Assembly (NCBI GenBank): GCA_016713005.1 | Contig: JADJPY010000008.1 | Span: 1 to 64,000 of the forward strand | Source of the DNA: Ramlibacter sp. | GTDB taxonomy: Bacteria; Pseudomonadota; Gammaproteobacteria; Burkholderiales; Burkholderiaceae_C | Direction: 5' to 3' | Length of the DNA stretch: 64,000 nt | Shown: positions 32,644 through 44,194 of the stretch, piece after piece | Layout: each line of letters begins with the position of its first letter | Numbering within the stretch: the first letter of the stretch is position 1 | The notes under the pieces: generated by a model | The model's database searches: none | What the model was told of the DNA's origin: nothing | The model's input: the letters and a program-made list of their open reading frames with translations, nothing else | Made by a program: the position numbers and the translations under genes

Positions 32644-35613
32644 ATGTTGATGCAGTCTGCCCGGCCGCTGGGCGAGCTGGAAAACGCCAGCGAATTCATT
32701 CCGCGCCATATTGGCGTTGACGCCACCGATGAAGCCCACATGCTGTCGGTGATCGGCGAGGCCTCGCGCCGGGCGCTCATCGACAGCATCGTGCCGCGCA
32801 GCATTGCCCGCAGCAGCGCCATGAAGCTGCCGGCGCCGGTCACGGAAGCAGCAGCGCTGGCCGAACTCAAGGCCATGGCCGGGCGCAACCAGCTGCTCAA
32901 GAGCTTCATCGGCCAGGGCTACTACGGCACCCATACGCCGGGCGTCATCCTGCGCAACATCCTGGAGAACCCCGCCTGGTACACCGCCTACACGCCCTAC
33001 CAGGCCGAGATTTCCCAGGGCCGCATGGAGGCGCTGGTGAACTTCCAGACCATGGTGTGCGACCTGACGGCCATGCCGATCGCCAACGCCTCGATGCTCG
33101 ACGAAGCCACCTCGGCGGCCGAGGCCATGACACTCGCCAAACGCAGCGTCAAAAGCAAGAGCCAGCGCTTTGTGGTGGCCGGCGACTGCCATCCGCAAAC
33201 GATTGAGGTGATCCAGACCCGCGCCAGGCCGCTGGGCATCGAGGTGGTGCTGGCCAATTCCGCCGCCGAGTGGGATGCAGCGCTGCAAGGCGACTACTTC
33301 GCCGTGCTGGCGCAGTACCCGTCCACCAGCGGTCGCATCGACGACCTGCGCGCCGACGTCGACAAGGCCCACGCCCGCCAGGCGGCCTTCATCGTGGCGG
33401 CCGACCTGCTGGCGCTGACACTGCTGGTGCCACCGGGCGAATGGGGCGCCGACATCGTGGTGGGCACCACACAGCGCTTTGGCATGCCCATGGGCGCCGG
33501 CGGCCCGCATGCCGCCTACCTGGCCTGCCGCGACGACTTCAAGCGCTCCATGCCGGGCCGGCTGGTCGGCGTGAGCGTGGACGCCCACGGCAACCCGGCC
33601 TACCGGCTGGCACTGCAAACGCGCGAGCAGCACATCCGCCGTGAAAAGGCGACCTCCAACATCTGCACTGCGCAGGTGCTGCCGGCCGTGGTGGCCAGCA
33701 TGTATGCCGTGTACCACGGACCCCAGGGCCTCAAGCGCATCGCCCAGCGCGTGGCCAGCTACACCGCTGTTCTTGCGCGCGGCCTGTCCGCGCTCGGCCA
33801 TTCACCACAGCATGACAGTGCTTTTGACACGCTGACCGTGCACACCAAGTCTGCTACAAAAACGATAGCGGTCCGCGCAGTGTCCATGCGGGCCAACCTG
33901 CGAATCTACTTTGAAGATTACCTCTGCATCGCGCTCGACGAGACCACCACGCGCGCCGACGTGGAGCTGCTGTGGAAGATCTTTGCCACCGACGGCCAGG
34001 CCCTCCCCTCGTTCGCCGAATTCGAAAAGGGCATCGAGCCGCTGATCCCCACGGCGCTGCGCCGCACCAGCGCCTACCTGACGCACCCGGTGTTCAACAC
34101 CCACCACTCCGAGACCGGCATGCTGCGCTACATCCGGGCCTTGAGCGACAAGGACCTGGCGCTGGACCGCAGCATGATCCCGCTGGGCAGCTGCACCATG
34201 AAGCTCAACGCCACCAGCGAGATGATCCCCATCACCTGGCCCGAGTTCGCCAACGTGCACCCGTTTGCGCCCGCCGACCAGCAGCAGGGCTACGCGCAGC
34301 TGGACGCGCAGCTGCGCGAGTGGCTGTGCCAGGCCACCGGCTATGCCGGCATCAGCCTGCAGCCCAACGCCGGTTCCCAGGGTGAGTACGCCGGTCTGCT
34401 GGTGATCAAGGCCTACCATGAGAGCCGGGGCGAGGGCCACCGCAACATCTGCCTGATTCCTTCCTCTGCGCACGGCACCAACCCGGCCAGCGCGCAAATG
34501 GTTGGCATGCAGGTGGTGGTGACCCGCTGCGACGACAACGGCAACGTGGACATGGCCGACCTGCAAGCGAAGTGTGAGCAATACAGCCCGCAGCTTGCGG
34601 CCGTGATGATCACTTACCCCAGCACCCACGGCGTGTTTGAAACCCAGGTCAAGGAACTGTGCGCGCTGGTGCACCGCCACGGTGGCCGCGTGTATGTGGA
34701 CGGCGCCAACATGAACGCGCTGGTGGGCGTGGCCGCGCCGGGTGAATTTGGTGGCGACGTGAGCCACCTCAACCTGCACAAGACCTTCTGCATCCCTCAC
34801 GGCGGCGGCGGCCCGGGCGTGGGGCCGGTGTGCGTGGTGGCGGACCTGGTGCCTTTCCTGCCCGGCCATGCCACCGGCGCCGCCATGGGCGCAGTGAGCG
34901 GCGCCGGGCCGTCCCAAGCCGCGAAGGCCCCCTCGGGGGGCAGCGAACCACGCGCAGCGGGGAGCGTGGGGGCCATATCCGCCGCGCCGCTGGGCAACGC
35001 GGCGGTACTGCCCATCAGCTGGATGTACTGCCGCATGATGGGCCCCGAGGGCCTGCAGCAGGCCACCGAGGTGGCCATCCTGTCGGCCAATTACATCAGC
35101 GCGCGCCTTAAGGACCACTACCCCACGCTGTACGCCAGCGAGAACGGCCATGTGGCGCATGAGTGCATCCTGGACCTGCGCCCGCTCAAGGAATCCAGCG
35201 GCGTCACCGCCGAAGACGTGGCCAAGCGGCTGATCGACTACGGCTTTCACGCGCCGACGCTGAGCTTTCCGGTGGCGGGCACGCTGATGGTGGAGCCCAC
35301 CGAAAGCGAGACGCTGGACGAGCTGGACCGCTTCATTGGCGCAATGATCGCCATCCGCGAGGAAATCCGCCGCGTGGAAAAAGGCGAGTGGCCGCAGGAC
35401 GACAACCCGCTCAAGCACGCACCGCACACGGCGCAGGCACTGGTGGCCGACGAGTGGAAGCACCCCTATTCGCGCCAGGTGGCGGCGGCCACGCTGTCGG
35501 CCAGACAACACGCCAAGTACTGGGCACCCGTGGGCCGGCTGGACAACGTCTACGGCGACCGCAACCTGTTCTGCAGCTGCGTGCCGGTGAGCGACTGCGC
35601 CGACGCCGCCTGA
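32644..35613 (+). CDS. gcvP: Glycine dehydrogenase (decarboxylating), P protein
   Basis: 989 aa with full-length GcvP homology. Confidence 0.95.
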   Translation: MLMQSARPLGELENASEFIPRHIGVDATDEAHMLSVIGEASRRALIDSIVPRSIARSSAMKLPAPVTEAAALAELKAMAGRNQLLKSFIGQGYYGTHTPGVILRNILENPAWYTAYTPYQAEISQGRMEALVNFQTMVCDLTAMPIANASMLDEATSAAEAMTLAKRSVKSKSQRFVVAGDCHPQTIEVIQTRARPLGIEVVLANSAAEWDAALQGDYFAVLAQYPSTSGRIDDLRADVDKAHARQAAFIVAADLLALTLLVPPGEWGADIVVGTTQRFGMPMGAGGPHAAYLACRDDFKRSMPGRLVGVSVDAHGNPAYRLALQTREQHIRREKATSNICTAQVLPAVVASMYAVYHGPQGLKRIAQRVASYTAVLARGLSALGHSPQHDSAFDTLTVHTKSATKTIAVRAVSMRANLRIYFEDYLCIALDETTTRADVELLWKIFATDGQALPSFAEFEKGIEPLIPTALRRTSAYLTHPVFNTHHSETGMLRYIRALSDKDLALDRSMIPLGSCTMKLNATSEMIPITWPEFANVHPFAPADQQQGYAQLDAQLREWLCQATGYAGISLQPNAGSQGEYAGLLVIKAYHESRGEGHRNICLIPSSAHGTNPASAQMVGMQVVVTRCDDNGNVDMADLQAKCEQYSPQLAAVMITYPSTHGVFETQVKELCALVHRHGGRVYVDGANMNALVGVAAPGEFGGDVSHLNLHKTFCIPHGGGGPGVGPVCVVADLVPFLPGHATGAAMGAVSGAGPSQAAKAPSGGSEPRAAGSVGAISAAPLGNAAVLPISWMYCRMMGPEGLQQATEVAILSANYISARLKDHYPTLYASENGHVAHECILDLRPLKESSGVTAEDVAKRLIDYGFHAPTLSFPVAGTLMVEPTESETLDELDRFIGAMIAIREEIRRVEKGEWPQDDNPLKHAPHTAQALVADEWKHPYSRQVAAATLSARQHAKYWAPVGRLDNVYGDRNLFCSCVPVSDCADAA

Positions 35614-35664
35614 GGGCGCGCACTGGACTCCACCCTGATCCTCACCGTCATCGCCGGGGCTGCG

Positions 35665-36378
35665 ATGGCAGGCTTTGTGCAGGGCCTCTCGGGCTTTGGC
35701 TACGGGCTGACCGCCATGTCCATCTGGGCCTGGACGCTGGAGCCCATGCTGGCAGCGGCGTTGGCCGTTTTTGGCGGGTTGACGGGCCAGCTGATCTCTG
35801 CGGTGTCGGTGCGTCGAGGTTTTGACTGGAAGCTGGTGGCGCCTTTCATCGCCGGCGGGCTGGCCGGGCTGCCTCTGGGTCTGTGGCTGCTGCCGCGACT
35901 GGATGTGATGCTCTTCAAGCTGGTGCTGGGTCTCTTGCTGGTGGTGTTCTGCCCGCTGATGCTGCTGGCCACGCGGCTGCCAAAGGTGCAGCGTGGCGGC
36001 CGCGTGGGCGACGCTCTGGCCGGTGCCGCCGGTGGCGTGATGGGCGGGCTGGGCGGCTTCACAGGCGTGGTGCCCACCCTGTGGTGCCAGGTGCGGGGCC
36101 TGTCCAAGGACCATCAGCGCTCGGTGATCCAGAACTTCAACCTGACCATGCTGGCGGTGACCTTTGCCACCTATGTGGCCACCGGCATCATCTGCAGCGA
36201 CATGCTGCCTCTGTTTGCCATTGCAGCCCCGGCAATGCTGGTGCCGTCCCTTCTGGGTGCGCGGCTGTACATCGGCATCAGTGAGAACACGTTTCGCAAG
36301 GTCGTGCTGGGCGTGCTGACCGCCGCCGGCGTGGCGATGCTGGTTTCGGCGGTGCCGGCGCTGCTGGCAAGGGCCTGA
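35665..36378 (+). CDS. TauE/SafE-family (DUF81) membrane exporter
   Basis: Polytopic membrane protein with GFVQGLSGFGYG motifs. Confidence 0.7.
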   Translation: MAGFVQGLSGFGYGLTAMSIWAWTLEPMLAAALAVFGGLTGQLISAVSVRRGFDWKLVAPFIAGGLAGLPLGLWLLPRLDVMLFKLVLGLLLVVFCPLMLLATRLPKVQRGGRVGDALAGAAGGVMGGLGGFTGVVPTLWCQVRGLSKDHQRSVIQNFNLTMLAVTFATYVATGIICSDMLPLFAIAAPAMLVPSLLGARLYIGISENTFRKVVLGVLTAAGVAMLVSAVPALLARA

Positions 36379-36388
36379 GGCGCGGGAC

Positions 36389-37054
36389 TCAGGCCCGCAA
36401 ACTGTCCAGCCAGGTCATCGCCGCGCGCAGTTCTGACGGGCGTATCTCATGCGCGCCGGGAAACTCCGCATACGTCAGCTCCACCGGCAGCGACGCCAAT
36501 TTCTGGCGTATGTCATGCGCGCTGGCCAGGGGGATCACGTTGTCCTGCAGCCCGTGGCTCACCCACAGCTTGCGCCCCTGCAGCGCCGACGGGGACGCCA
36601 CCAGCGGCCACACCTGAGGCAGCAGGCGGCTGTGCATGACCATCGCAGCCTGCAGCAACTGCGGCTGGGTCAGCAGCAGGCTCAACGACATGATGCCGCC
36701 CTGGCTGAAGCCGCCCACTACCACCCGGTTGGCCGGCAGGCCCAGCTGGCTGGCCGCTGAGGTCACGGTTTGCGCCACCAGCGGGCGGCTGGCCGCCTCT
36801 TGCGCCTCGTTGATGACCCGCTCACCGTTTGGACGCACGCCAAACTCGAACCAGGCATAAGCCTGCGGGCCCAGGACGTGCGGCGCGCGCAGGCTCAGCA
36901 CATGAAATTGCGGCGGGACGGCGGGCGCCAGGCCGAACAGGTCCTCTTCGTTGCTGCCCACGCCATGCATCAATACCAGCAGCCAGGGATCGGCCGTACC
37001 CGGCGCAGCCCGGCGAAACAGGTGATCCAGGGGCAGGTGCAGGTCCGGGCTCAT
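36389..37054 (-). CDS. Phospholipase/carboxylesterase-family alpha/beta hydrolase
   Basis: GFSQGG nucleophile elbow. Confidence 0.75.
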   Translation of the reverse strand: MSPDLHLPLDHLFRRAAPGTADPWLLVLMHGVGSNEEDLFGLAPAVPPQFHVLSLRAPHVLGPQAYAWFEFGVRPNGERVINEAQEAASRPLVAQTVTSAASQLGLPANRVVVGGFSQGGIMSLSLLLTQPQLLQAAMVMHSRLLPQVWPLVASPSALQGRKLWVSHGLQDNVIPLASAHDIRQKLASLPVELTYAEFPGAHEIRPSELRAAMTWLDSLRA

Positions 37055-37896
37055 GCGGCCTCTGCGACGGCCGCATGGAACGCCGGAAACGCGAACGCGT
37101 CCATGGACAGCATGCTGTACATCACCTCGCGACTGAGGTATTCGGGACTCGCGCCGGCCTCGCCAAAACCACCCGCGCCCAGCGCGAAGAACAGCGGCAG
37201 GAAATGGTCTTCCGTCGGATGGGCACGCTGGGCATGTGGCGCCTCGCGCCGGTAGTCCAGCAGCGCCTTCAGGCTGCCATGCGTGATGGCGCTTTCAATC
37301 CAGCGGCTGAACTCCAGCACGTAGGGTGCAGGCTCGCGCTCGCCGCCAAAGAACTCCGCCAGGTTGTGCGTCATGCTGCCCGAGCCGAGCACCAGCACGC
37401 CCTGCTCGCGCAGCGGCTGCAGGGCCTGACCCATGGCGAACACCTCGGCTGGACCCCAGCGCACCGGCAAGGCCACCTGCACCACTGGAACGGTGGCGTC
37501 GGGAAACAGGTGCATCAGGGGAACCCAGGCGCCGTGGTCCATGGGGCGCTGATCATCGGCCATGGCGTCGATGCCGACCTGATGCAGCAGTTCCAACACC
37601 CTCCCCCCCAGCGCCGGCTCACCGGGTGCCGGGTACTGCAGTTCATACAGGGCCTGCGGGAAGCCACCGAAGTCGTGCCAGGTGGCTGGAGCCGGATTGG
37701 TCATCACCGCGGGCGCACGCGCCATCCAGTGTGGCGACATCACCACCACGCCGCGCACTCCGCCCTCGCGGGCCGTCAGTTCAGCGCCAAAGCGCGTCAG
37801 CGCGGGTCCGGTCTCGCCCGGGTCCACCGCAAACAGTGGCGCGCCGTGGGAGACGAACAGGGCAGGCAAGGAGGCGGCGGAAGACATGGCGGACAA
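37051..37896 (-). CDS. Class III extradiol ring-cleavage dioxygenase (YgiD/DODA-type)
   Basis: FVSHGAP...SPHW motif. Confidence 0.75.
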   Translation of the reverse strand: MSAMSSAASLPALFVSHGAPLFAVDPGETGPALTRFGAELTAREGGVRGVVVMSPHWMARAPAVMTNPAPATWHDFGGFPQALYELQYPAPGEPALGGRVLELLHQVGIDAMADDQRPMDHGAWVPLMHLFPDATVPVVQVALPVRWGPAEVFAMGQALQPLREQGVLVLGSGSMTHNLAEFFGGEREPAPYVLEFSRWIESAITHGSLKALLDYRREAPHAQRAHPTEDHFLPLFFALGAGGFGEAGASPEYLSREVMYSMLSMDAFAFPAFHAAVAEAA

Positions 37897-37998
37897 CCCG
37901 TTTCAGGAAGAGACTCTGAATTTAAGGCCATCCGGGCACGGTGACAGCCCCCGCAGGCGCGACACACTGTTGCACCGGCAGGACGGTGCAGCCCTCGA

Positions 37999-38646
37999 TC
38001 AGGCCGCCAGCTGGCGGATGGCCTGCTCGAACACGTCCACGGGCTGGCCGCCGGAGATGAGGTGCTGGTCGTTGAAGATGATCGCCGGTACAGAGTGAAT
38101 GCCCGCGTTCAGGTAGAACTGCTCCTGCGCGCGCACCTCCGCTGCATACTCGTCACCCGCCAGGATGGCGCGGGCACGGGCCTCGTCCAGGCCCACACTG
38201 GAGGCCGCCGCGGCCAGGACATCCACCGACGCGGGACTCTCGCCACGCCCGTGGTGGGCCTGCAGCAATGCCTTCTTTAGCGCGTGTTGCTTGGCCGCGC
38301 CCTCCAGGCTTGCCCAGTGCAGCAGCCGGTGTGCATCAAAGGTGTTCCAGATGCGGCCCCGGCCTTCGCGGCGGAAGCTGAAGCCGACTGCTTCGCCACG
38401 CAGGCGGATGGTCTCGCGGATCTGCGCCTGCTGCTGGGGCGTGGAGCCGTACTTCTGCGTCAGGTGCTCGCCCACGTCCTGGCCCTCAGGGCCCATCTGG
38501 GGGTTGAGCTCGAAGGGCTGGAAGTGCAGCTCTGCCTGCACCCCGGCTCCCACGCGCTCCAGTGCCTGCTCCAGCGCGGCCAGCCCGATCGCGCACCAGG
38601 GGCAGGAGACGTCGGAGACAAAGTCAATCTTCAGGGTGGCAGGCAT
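37999..38646 (-). CDS. DsbA-family thiol:disulfide oxidoreductase (FrnE/HCCA-isomerase-like)
   Basis: CPWC active site. Start was set at MPATLKIDF; the ORF track shows an upstream extension MDLNRYKKDSK that is encoded by an AT-rich repeat element. Confidence 0.7.
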   Translation of the reverse strand: MPATLKIDFVSDVSCPWCAIGLAALEQALERVGAGVQAELHFQPFELNPQMGPEGQDVGEHLTQKYGSTPQQQAQIRETIRLRGEAVGFSFRREGRGRIWNTFDAHRLLHWASLEGAAKQHALKKALLQAHHGRGESPASVDVLAAAASSVGLDEARARAILAGDEYAAEVRAQEQFYLNAGIHSVPAIIFNDQHLISGGQPVDVFEQAIRQLAA

Positions 38647-38647
38647 T

Positions 38648-38668
38648 TTGCTATCTTTTTTGTAGCGG
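38648..38668. repeat. Same family (TTGCTATCTTTTTTGTAGCGG) at the 5' end of the DsbA-like gene
   Basis: Read directly; 18/18 identical to the copy at 59119. Confidence 0.7.
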
Positions 38669-38706
38669 TTCAGGTCCACTGGACGGGGGCTGGAGGCCGA
38701 TTTTCC

Positions 38707-39150
38707 TTACATTTCGGCCAGCGCGGCAATCGCCAGCGCATAACCCTTCACGCCGAAGCCGGCCATCACCGCCTTGGCCGCCGGCGAGATGTAGCTGTGG
38801 TGACGGAAAGCCTCGCGTGCGTGCACGTTGCTGATGTGCAGCTCGATGCAGGTCACGCCCGCGCCCTTGATGGCGTCGTGCAGCGCGACGCTGGTATGGG
38901 TATAGGCGCCGGCGTTCAGGATCACGCCCGCCAATGTGCCCGAAGCCTGCGCGCGCCCGGCCTCGTGCAGCCAGTCCACCAGCACGCCCTCGTGGTTGGT
39001 CTGGCGGAAATCCAGCGTCAGGCCCTGCTTCGCGCAGGCTTGTGCGCACAGCTTTTCCACATCGGCCAGAGTGGCGTGGCCATAGACGGCAGGCTCGCGC
39101 GTGCCCAGCAGGTTGAGATTGGGTCCGTTCAGGACGAGTGCGGTTTTCAT
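38707..39150 (-). CDS. aroQ: Type II 3-dehydroquinate dehydratase
   Basis: [20 protein letters not shown]. Confidence 0.9.
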   Translation of the reverse strand: MKTALVLNGPNLNLLGTREPAVYGHATLADVEKLCAQACAKQGLTLDFRQTNHEGVLVDWLHEAGRAQASGTLAGVILNAGAYTHTSVALHDAIKGAGVTCIELHISNVHAREAFRHHSYISPAAKAVMAGFGVKGYALAIAALAEM

Positions 39151-39164
39151 GGGAGCCAAGGGTA

Positions 39165-40046
39165 TCAAACTTCCCGCGGGCGGCGCGCCGGCAGCGGTGC
39201 GGGGCGACGCAGCACCTCCTGGGCCAGCCAGACCGCACTGCGGCGCGACCGTTGCGCCACCACGGGCAACGGCAGCTGCTGGTAGTCGTCGTTGAACACC
39301 TCGAAGCTGTAGTCGCCCCGGTAACCCAGACGGTCCAGCCGCAGCACGAGGCTGGCCAGTTCGGCGCTGTGCACGCCCTCGCCGGGAAAGACGCGGAAGG
39401 TGCGCGCAGTCGTCATGCGCTCCTCGAAGGTGCGCGTCTCCTGCCACATGAAGTCCGACAGCTGCACCAGGAAAATCTTGCTCGGGTCCAGCTCGTCGAT
39501 GGCCTCCAGCGGAGTTCCTGCGGCAAAGATGTGGAATGAGTCAATGCCCAGCCCGAGGTTGGGGCAATCCGCACGGGCGACCACATCCCATGCCGTGGTG
39601 AACTCGTTGATCGTCCGGCCCCACGACAACCCCTCATACGCCACGCGGATGCCCAGCGGCACGGCCAGCATCGCCAGCTTGCGCAGGTCGCGCGCCAGGT
39701 CCTGGGGCTCCTGTGACGCATGGGTGGATGTCGACGAGCAGGCCAGCAACACCTTGCACCCCAGGTCGGCGCACATCTGCAGCATGGACTTGGCGATATC
39801 AACCTTGTAGGCGTGCAGGTGGCCGCTCAGCCCCTCGAAGTCCCGCAGCACCTGGAATCCCGTGGGACGCAGGCCGCTGTCGCGCACCGCTGCCACAGCG
39901 GCAGAAACGCCGCCGGCGTGCCCCACAATGTCACGCGCACTCAGCATCACCTGGCGGAATCCGGCCTCGCGCATGGCGCCCAGCTTGGCCTCCAGCGGCC
40001 CGGCCAGGGTGATGGTGTCCATGCCGATGTTGTCCGTCAGAAGCAT
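39165..40046 (-). CDS. Sugar-phosphate isomerase/epimerase (xylose-isomerase-like TIM barrel); QuiC N-domain-like
   Basis: TIM-barrel family pattern, in a quinate/shikimate context. Confidence 0.65.
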   Translation of the reverse strand: MLLTDNIGMDTITLAGPLEAKLGAMREAGFRQVMLSARDIVGHAGGVSAAVAAVRDSGLRPTGFQVLRDFEGLSGHLHAYKVDIAKSMLQMCADLGCKVLLACSSTSTHASQEPQDLARDLRKLAMLAVPLGIRVAYEGLSWGRTINEFTTAWDVVARADCPNLGLGIDSFHIFAAGTPLEAIDELDPSKIFLVQLSDFMWQETRTFEERMTTARTFRVFPGEGVHSAELASLVLRLDRLGYRGDYSFEVFNDDYQQLPLPVVAQRSRRSAVWLAQEVLRRPAPLPARRPREV

Positions 40047-40054
40047 GGCGGACC

Positions 40055-40936
40055 TCAGGTGTCTCGGTGGACCAGCTCAAACGCGACCGAGCCAAGGCTG
40101 GTCCGCGTGAGCGCGCCCCGGTCCTCCGGGTGCAGGCGCTGCGATTCGACAAACTGCACACCGCGCAGCTTGAGCGCAGTCACAGCAGCGCCGACGTCGG
40201 GGGTACCGATGCCGATGCGGTGCAGTTCCTCGCTGGAGTCGGCGGTCTCGACGGCGGGGTCGGGCTCGATCAGCTGCCACATGAAGCGCCCGCAGGGGCT
40301 GCGCAGCAGCGTTCCCTTGGGCATGATGCCGAAGCGCTGCCCGTCCGGGATGGGCTGGAATCCGAACATCTCGCCATAGAAAGCCAGCCAGTCGGCGCTG
40401 CGGTCCAGGCCGATGTACTGCACCACCCCGAAGTAATCCATGTTGGCCAGCGCGGGCGGATGAGCTTCTACGGTCGGAATCAGGGAAAAATCAATGTCAA
40501 AAATGGAAAATTCGCGGTAGCGGTCGACAAAGTAGTAGCGTGCGCCGCCCGGTCCGTGGATGGCCGGCACGTTGAGCTCCATCGCCTGTGCGTGGCCCTC
40601 CACAGGCCATGCTCCCAGGTCCACGCATCTGCGAAAGGCCTGCGCCGCATCGTGCACGCGAAACGCCACCGCCGACAGTGCCGGCGGCCGGTCGGGCTCG
40701 GCCTGCAGGCTGTTGTCGCCCGGGTGGGCGTTGATCACCAGGTTCATCGACCCCTGGCGGTACAGCACCACCTCGCGCGACCGGTGCCGGGCCACCGGTC
40801 GGAACCCCATGGCCTCGAGTACCTGGCCCAGCGCCTGCGGGTGCGAGGTGGTGTATTCGATGTACTCGATGCCGTCCAGCCCCAGGGGGTTGGGCGCGTC
40901 GGGCAGTGCTTCCCGGTCCGGCTGGCGTGAGGTCAT
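40055..40936 (-). CDS. 4-hydroxyphenylpyruvate-dioxygenase-like VOC-family protein (QuiC C-domain-like)
   Basis: Two VOC modules. SD AGGAG. ATG at 40934-40936. Confidence 0.65.
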   Translation of the reverse strand: MTSRQPDREALPDAPNPLGLDGIEYIEYTTSHPQALGQVLEAMGFRPVARHRSREVVLYRQGSMNLVINAHPGDNSLQAEPDRPPALSAVAFRVHDAAQAFRRCVDLGAWPVEGHAQAMELNVPAIHGPGGARYYFVDRYREFSIFDIDFSLIPTVEAHPPALANMDYFGVVQYIGLDRSADWLAFYGEMFGFQPIPDGQRFGIMPKGTLLRSPCGRFMWQLIEPDPAVETADSSEELHRIGIGTPDVGAAVTALKLRGVQFVESQRLHPEDRGALTRTSLGSVAFELVHRDT

Positions 40937-40956
40937 GGTCACTCCTCTGTTGGCGT

Positions 40957-41820
40957 TCAGTCCACGCGTGTCTGCAGCAAGAGGCGGAAATGCGCCTGCA
41001 TGCGCTGCGGGTCGGCCGTCCGCCCGGTAAACAACCCGAACGCATCCACGGCCTGTCCCACCGCCATCGTCCCGCCATCCACCGTGGCGCAACCGATGGC
41101 CCGCGCTGCCTTGAGCAGCGCCGTCTCCAACGGGAAGTAGACGATCTCGGCCACCCACAACCGCGGATGCAGCAGTTCGGCCGGCAGCGGCAGGCCGGGC
41201 AATTTGTCCATGCCGGTGGGCGTGGCGTGCACCAGGCCCGTGGCCGCGGCAATGACGCTGGCCGGGTGGTCGGCAGACACCACGCGGGTCGTGCCGTGCA
41301 GTCGCCCCAGCTCGGTGGCCAGCGCACGGGCACGGGCGGCTTCGTGGTCCACCAGCACCAGCCGTTCGCAGCCCATGCCCAGCAGTGCGTGGGCGATGGC
41401 CGAGCCGGCCCCGCCGGCACCCAGCAGCACCACACAGGACAGGTCGGCCTGTGGCAGCGCGCGGGTAAAACCCCAGCGCCAGCCCGAGCCGTCGGTGTTG
41501 TGCCCGACAAGACGCCCACCGTCATTGACCACCGTGTTCACCGCACCCATCGCCCGCGCGTCTGCGGACAGGTCGTCCAGCAGCGGGATCACCGCCTGCT
41601 TGCACGGAAATGTGATGTTGAGGCCGGAAAAACCCATGACCCGCGCTGCGTCCAGCAGCGTGGGCAGGGCCTCCACCCCGCGGCCGCTGCGGTCAAGGTC
41701 GATCAGCTGGTAGTGGACCCGCAGCCCATGGCACGCGCCCTCCTCCTCATGCATGGAGGGCGTGAGCGAACGCTGGATGCCAGCGCCGATCAAACCCAGG
41801 AGGACGCGTGCTTCGCTCAC
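40957..41820 (-). CDS. Shikimate/quinate 5-dehydrogenase (AroE/YdiB family)
   Basis: GAGGAGSAIAHAL Rossmann motif and SLTPSMH N-terminal motif. Confidence 0.8.
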   Translation of the reverse strand: MSEARVLLGLIGAGIQRSLTPSMHEEEGACHGLRVHYQLIDLDRSGRGVEALPTLLDAARVMGFSGLNITFPCKQAVIPLLDDLSADARAMGAVNTVVNDGGRLVGHNTDGSGWRWGFTRALPQADLSCVVLLGAGGAGSAIAHALLGMGCERLVLVDHEAARARALATELGRLHGTTRVVSADHPASVIAAATGLVHATPTGMDKLPGLPLPAELLHPRLWVAEIVYFPLETALLKAARAIGCATVDGGTMAVGQAVDAFGLFTGRTADPQRMQAHFRLLLQTRVD

Positions 41821-42821
41821 TTGCGCAGCTTGGCCAGTTCGGCCTGCAGTTCAGCCACGGTTGCCGCAATCGCCGCACCGTGCTTGTCGATCACCGGTGC
41901 CAGCCTGGCGCGCAGCTTGGCCTGCTCGGCGGGGCTGAGCTCGGTCACCTGCATGCCGGCCTTCTTGAGCTGGTCAAGCTGCCCTGCGGCGGCTTCGCGA
42001 TTGACCTGGCGCTGGTACTTGCCGGCCTCGACGGCGGCGTCACCGATGATCTTCTTCTCGTCGGCAGACAGCGTGTCCCAGACCTTCTTGCTGAAGATGA
42101 AGGATTGCGGGTTGTACTGGTGGTTGGTCACCGCCAGGTGCTTCTGGACCTCGGCAAACTTGTTGGCCAGGATCACGCTGAAGGGGTTCTCCTGCCCGTC
42201 CACGGCCTTCTGCTCGAGCGCCGCATAGAGCTCAGGGAAAGCCAGCGGGGTGGGGTTTGCATCCAGCGCCTTGACCCAGTCGATGTTGATCGGGTTGGGG
42301 ATCACGCGCAGCTTCAGGCCGGCGATGTCTTCCACCTTGGTGATGGGACGCCTGCTGTTGCTCATGTTGCGAAAGCCCAGCTCCCAGTAGGCCAGGCCGA
42401 CGATCGCCTTGTCGGCCAGCTTGGCATGCAGCTTCTGGCCAAAGGGACCATCGACGACGGCGTCGGCCTCGCGGGCGCTGGCGAACATGAAGGGGAAGTC
42501 GTAGACCTCGAAGTCCTTGACCTGCGAGGCGAGGATGCCGCTGTTCAGCACGGTGATCTCGACTGTGCCGCCCTGCAGCGCCGACACGGTGGCCGCGTCG
42601 CCACCCAGAACGCCACCGGGGAATACGTTGACCTTGAGCTTGCCCCCACTCTTGGCTGCGACGATTTCGGCAAAGCGCGTGGCGCCCTGCTCCAGCGGGT
42701 GTCCCTTGGGGTTTTGCAGACCCAGCTTGAGCGTGCGCTCCTTGATGTCCTGTGCGGACGCCACACCCAGCACGGCCAACGCCGCGGCGGCCAGTACGGT
42801 TTTGATCATCAGACGCTTCAT
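41817..42821 (-). CDS. dctP: TRAP transporter substrate-binding protein (DctP family)
   Basis: Signal peptide MKRLMIKTVLAAAALAVLGVASA and DctP homology. Confidence 0.85.
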   Translation of the reverse strand: MKRLMIKTVLAAAALAVLGVASAQDIKERTLKLGLQNPKGHPLEQGATRFAEIVAAKSGGKLKVNVFPGGVLGGDAATVSALQGGTVEITVLNSGILASQVKDFEVYDFPFMFASAREADAVVDGPFGQKLHAKLADKAIVGLAYWELGFRNMSNSRRPITKVEDIAGLKLRVIPNPINIDWVKALDANPTPLAFPELYAALEQKAVDGQENPFSVILANKFAEVQKHLAVTNHQYNPQSFIFSKKVWDTLSADEKKIIGDAAVEAGKYQRQVNREAAAGQLDQLKKAGMQVTELSPAEQAKLRARLAPVIDKHGAAIAATVAELQAELAKLRK

Positions 42822-42913
42822 GGATAGTCTCCTCGGATAAATGGATTCAAGGTAGGCAAACAGGTAGAACGGGTTCTGGCGTACCAGCAGAAGCCCGCAG
42901 GGATCCTTGCAAC

Positions 42914-44194
42914 TCAGCCCGTCAGGAGCTTCAGGGGCGCCATGACCAGCTGCGGGAAAAGAACCATCAGGAACATGACCAGATACTGGGCACACATGAA
43001 CGGCAGGACGCCTTTGGTCACCTCGTCCATGCTGATGCGCCCGACGCCGGCCACGGTGTTGAGAACGGTCCCCACCGGGGGCGTGATCAGGCCAATGGCA
43101 TTGTTGATGATGAACAGCACACCGAAATACACCGGGTCGATACCGGCCGCCTTGACCACCGGCATCAGCACCGGCGTGAGCAGCAGGATGGTGGGTGTCA
43201 TGTCCAGCGCAGTGCCCACCACCATCACCAGCACCATGATGGCCACCAGGAGCAATTTGGGCTGGTCCAGCAGCGGCTGCAGCAGCGACACCACCTGAGC
43301 CGGCAACTGCGCCACCGTGATCAGCCATGCCGAGACCATCGCCGCGGCGACCAGGAACATGATCACCGACGTGGTCTTTGCTGCCGCCAGGAATACCGGG
43401 TACAGATCCCGGAATCCCAGTTCGCGGTAAACCAGCGTCGACACGGCCAGGGCATAGACCGCCGCCACCACCGCGGCCTCTGTCGGCGTGAAGACACCCA
43501 TCTTCAGCCCGACGATCACGATCACAGGCAGCACCAGTGCCCATGTGGACCGGCGAAAGGCCTGGGCCACTTCGCCTCGCGAGCGCCGCGGCGGCGGAAC
43601 CACCTTTTCCTTGCGCACCAGCCACCACCAGGTCACCCAGAGCGAAGCGCCCAGCAGGAGACCGGGCACGATTCCGGCCAGAAAAAGCTTGGAGATCGAC
43701 ACATTGGCCGCAACCCCAAAAATCACAAATCCGATACTGGGCGGGATGACGGGCGCAATGATCCCGGCTGAGGCGATCAGCCCGGCCGAGCGGGCGCGAT
43801 CGTGGCCAGCCGCGACCATCATCGGCAACAACAACGCGGCCAGCGCCGCCGCATCGGCTACGGCCGAGCCCGAAAGCGCCGCGAGGATGCAGGCGGCCAC
43901 AATGGCCACATAGCCCAGACCACCCCGGATGTGGCCCACCAGCGCCATGGCCAGGTCCACAATGCGGCGCGACAGGCCGCCATGGTTCATCAATTCGCCG
44001 GCGAGCATGAAAAACGGCACCGCAAGCAGCGGGAAGCTGTCCGCACCGTTGATGACGTTCTGGGCCAGGATCTGGGCATCGAACATGTCGAGGTGCCACA
44101 TCAGGGCGGCGCCACAGATCAGCAATGAGAACGCGATCGGAATGCCCAGGGCCATCGCGCCCAGCAGGGAGCCCAGGAAAATGGCGATGGTCAT
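42914..44194 (-). CDS. dctM: TRAP transporter large permease (DctM family)
   Basis: Start MTIAIFLGSLLGAMALGIPIAF overlaps the dctQ stop. Confidence 0.85.
   Translation of the reverse strand: MTIAIFLGSLLGAMALGIPIAFSLLICGAALMWHLDMFDAQILAQNVINGADSFPLLAVPFFMLAGELMNHGGLSRRIVDLAMALVGHIRGGLGYVAIVAACILAALSGSAVADAAALAALLLPMMVAAGHDRARSAGLIASAGIIAPVIPPSIGFVIFGVAANVSISKLFLAGIVPGLLLGASLWVTWWWLVRKEKVVPPPRRSRGEVAQAFRRSTWALVLPVIVIVGLKMGVFTPTEAAVVAAVYALAVSTLVYRELGFRDLYPVFLAAAKTTSVIMFLVAAAMVSAWLITVAQLPAQVVSLLQPLLDQPKLLLVAIMVLVMVVGTALDMTPTILLLTPVLMPVVKAAGIDPVYFGVLFIINNAIGLITPPVGTVLNTVAGVGRISMDEVTKGVLPFMCAQYLVMFLMVLFPQLVMAPLKLLTG

Noticed and set aside
41817-44099. 760-aa minus-strand ORF
   Set aside because: Only the C-terminal 334 aa (DctP) are real. 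The rest overlaps dctM in another frame.
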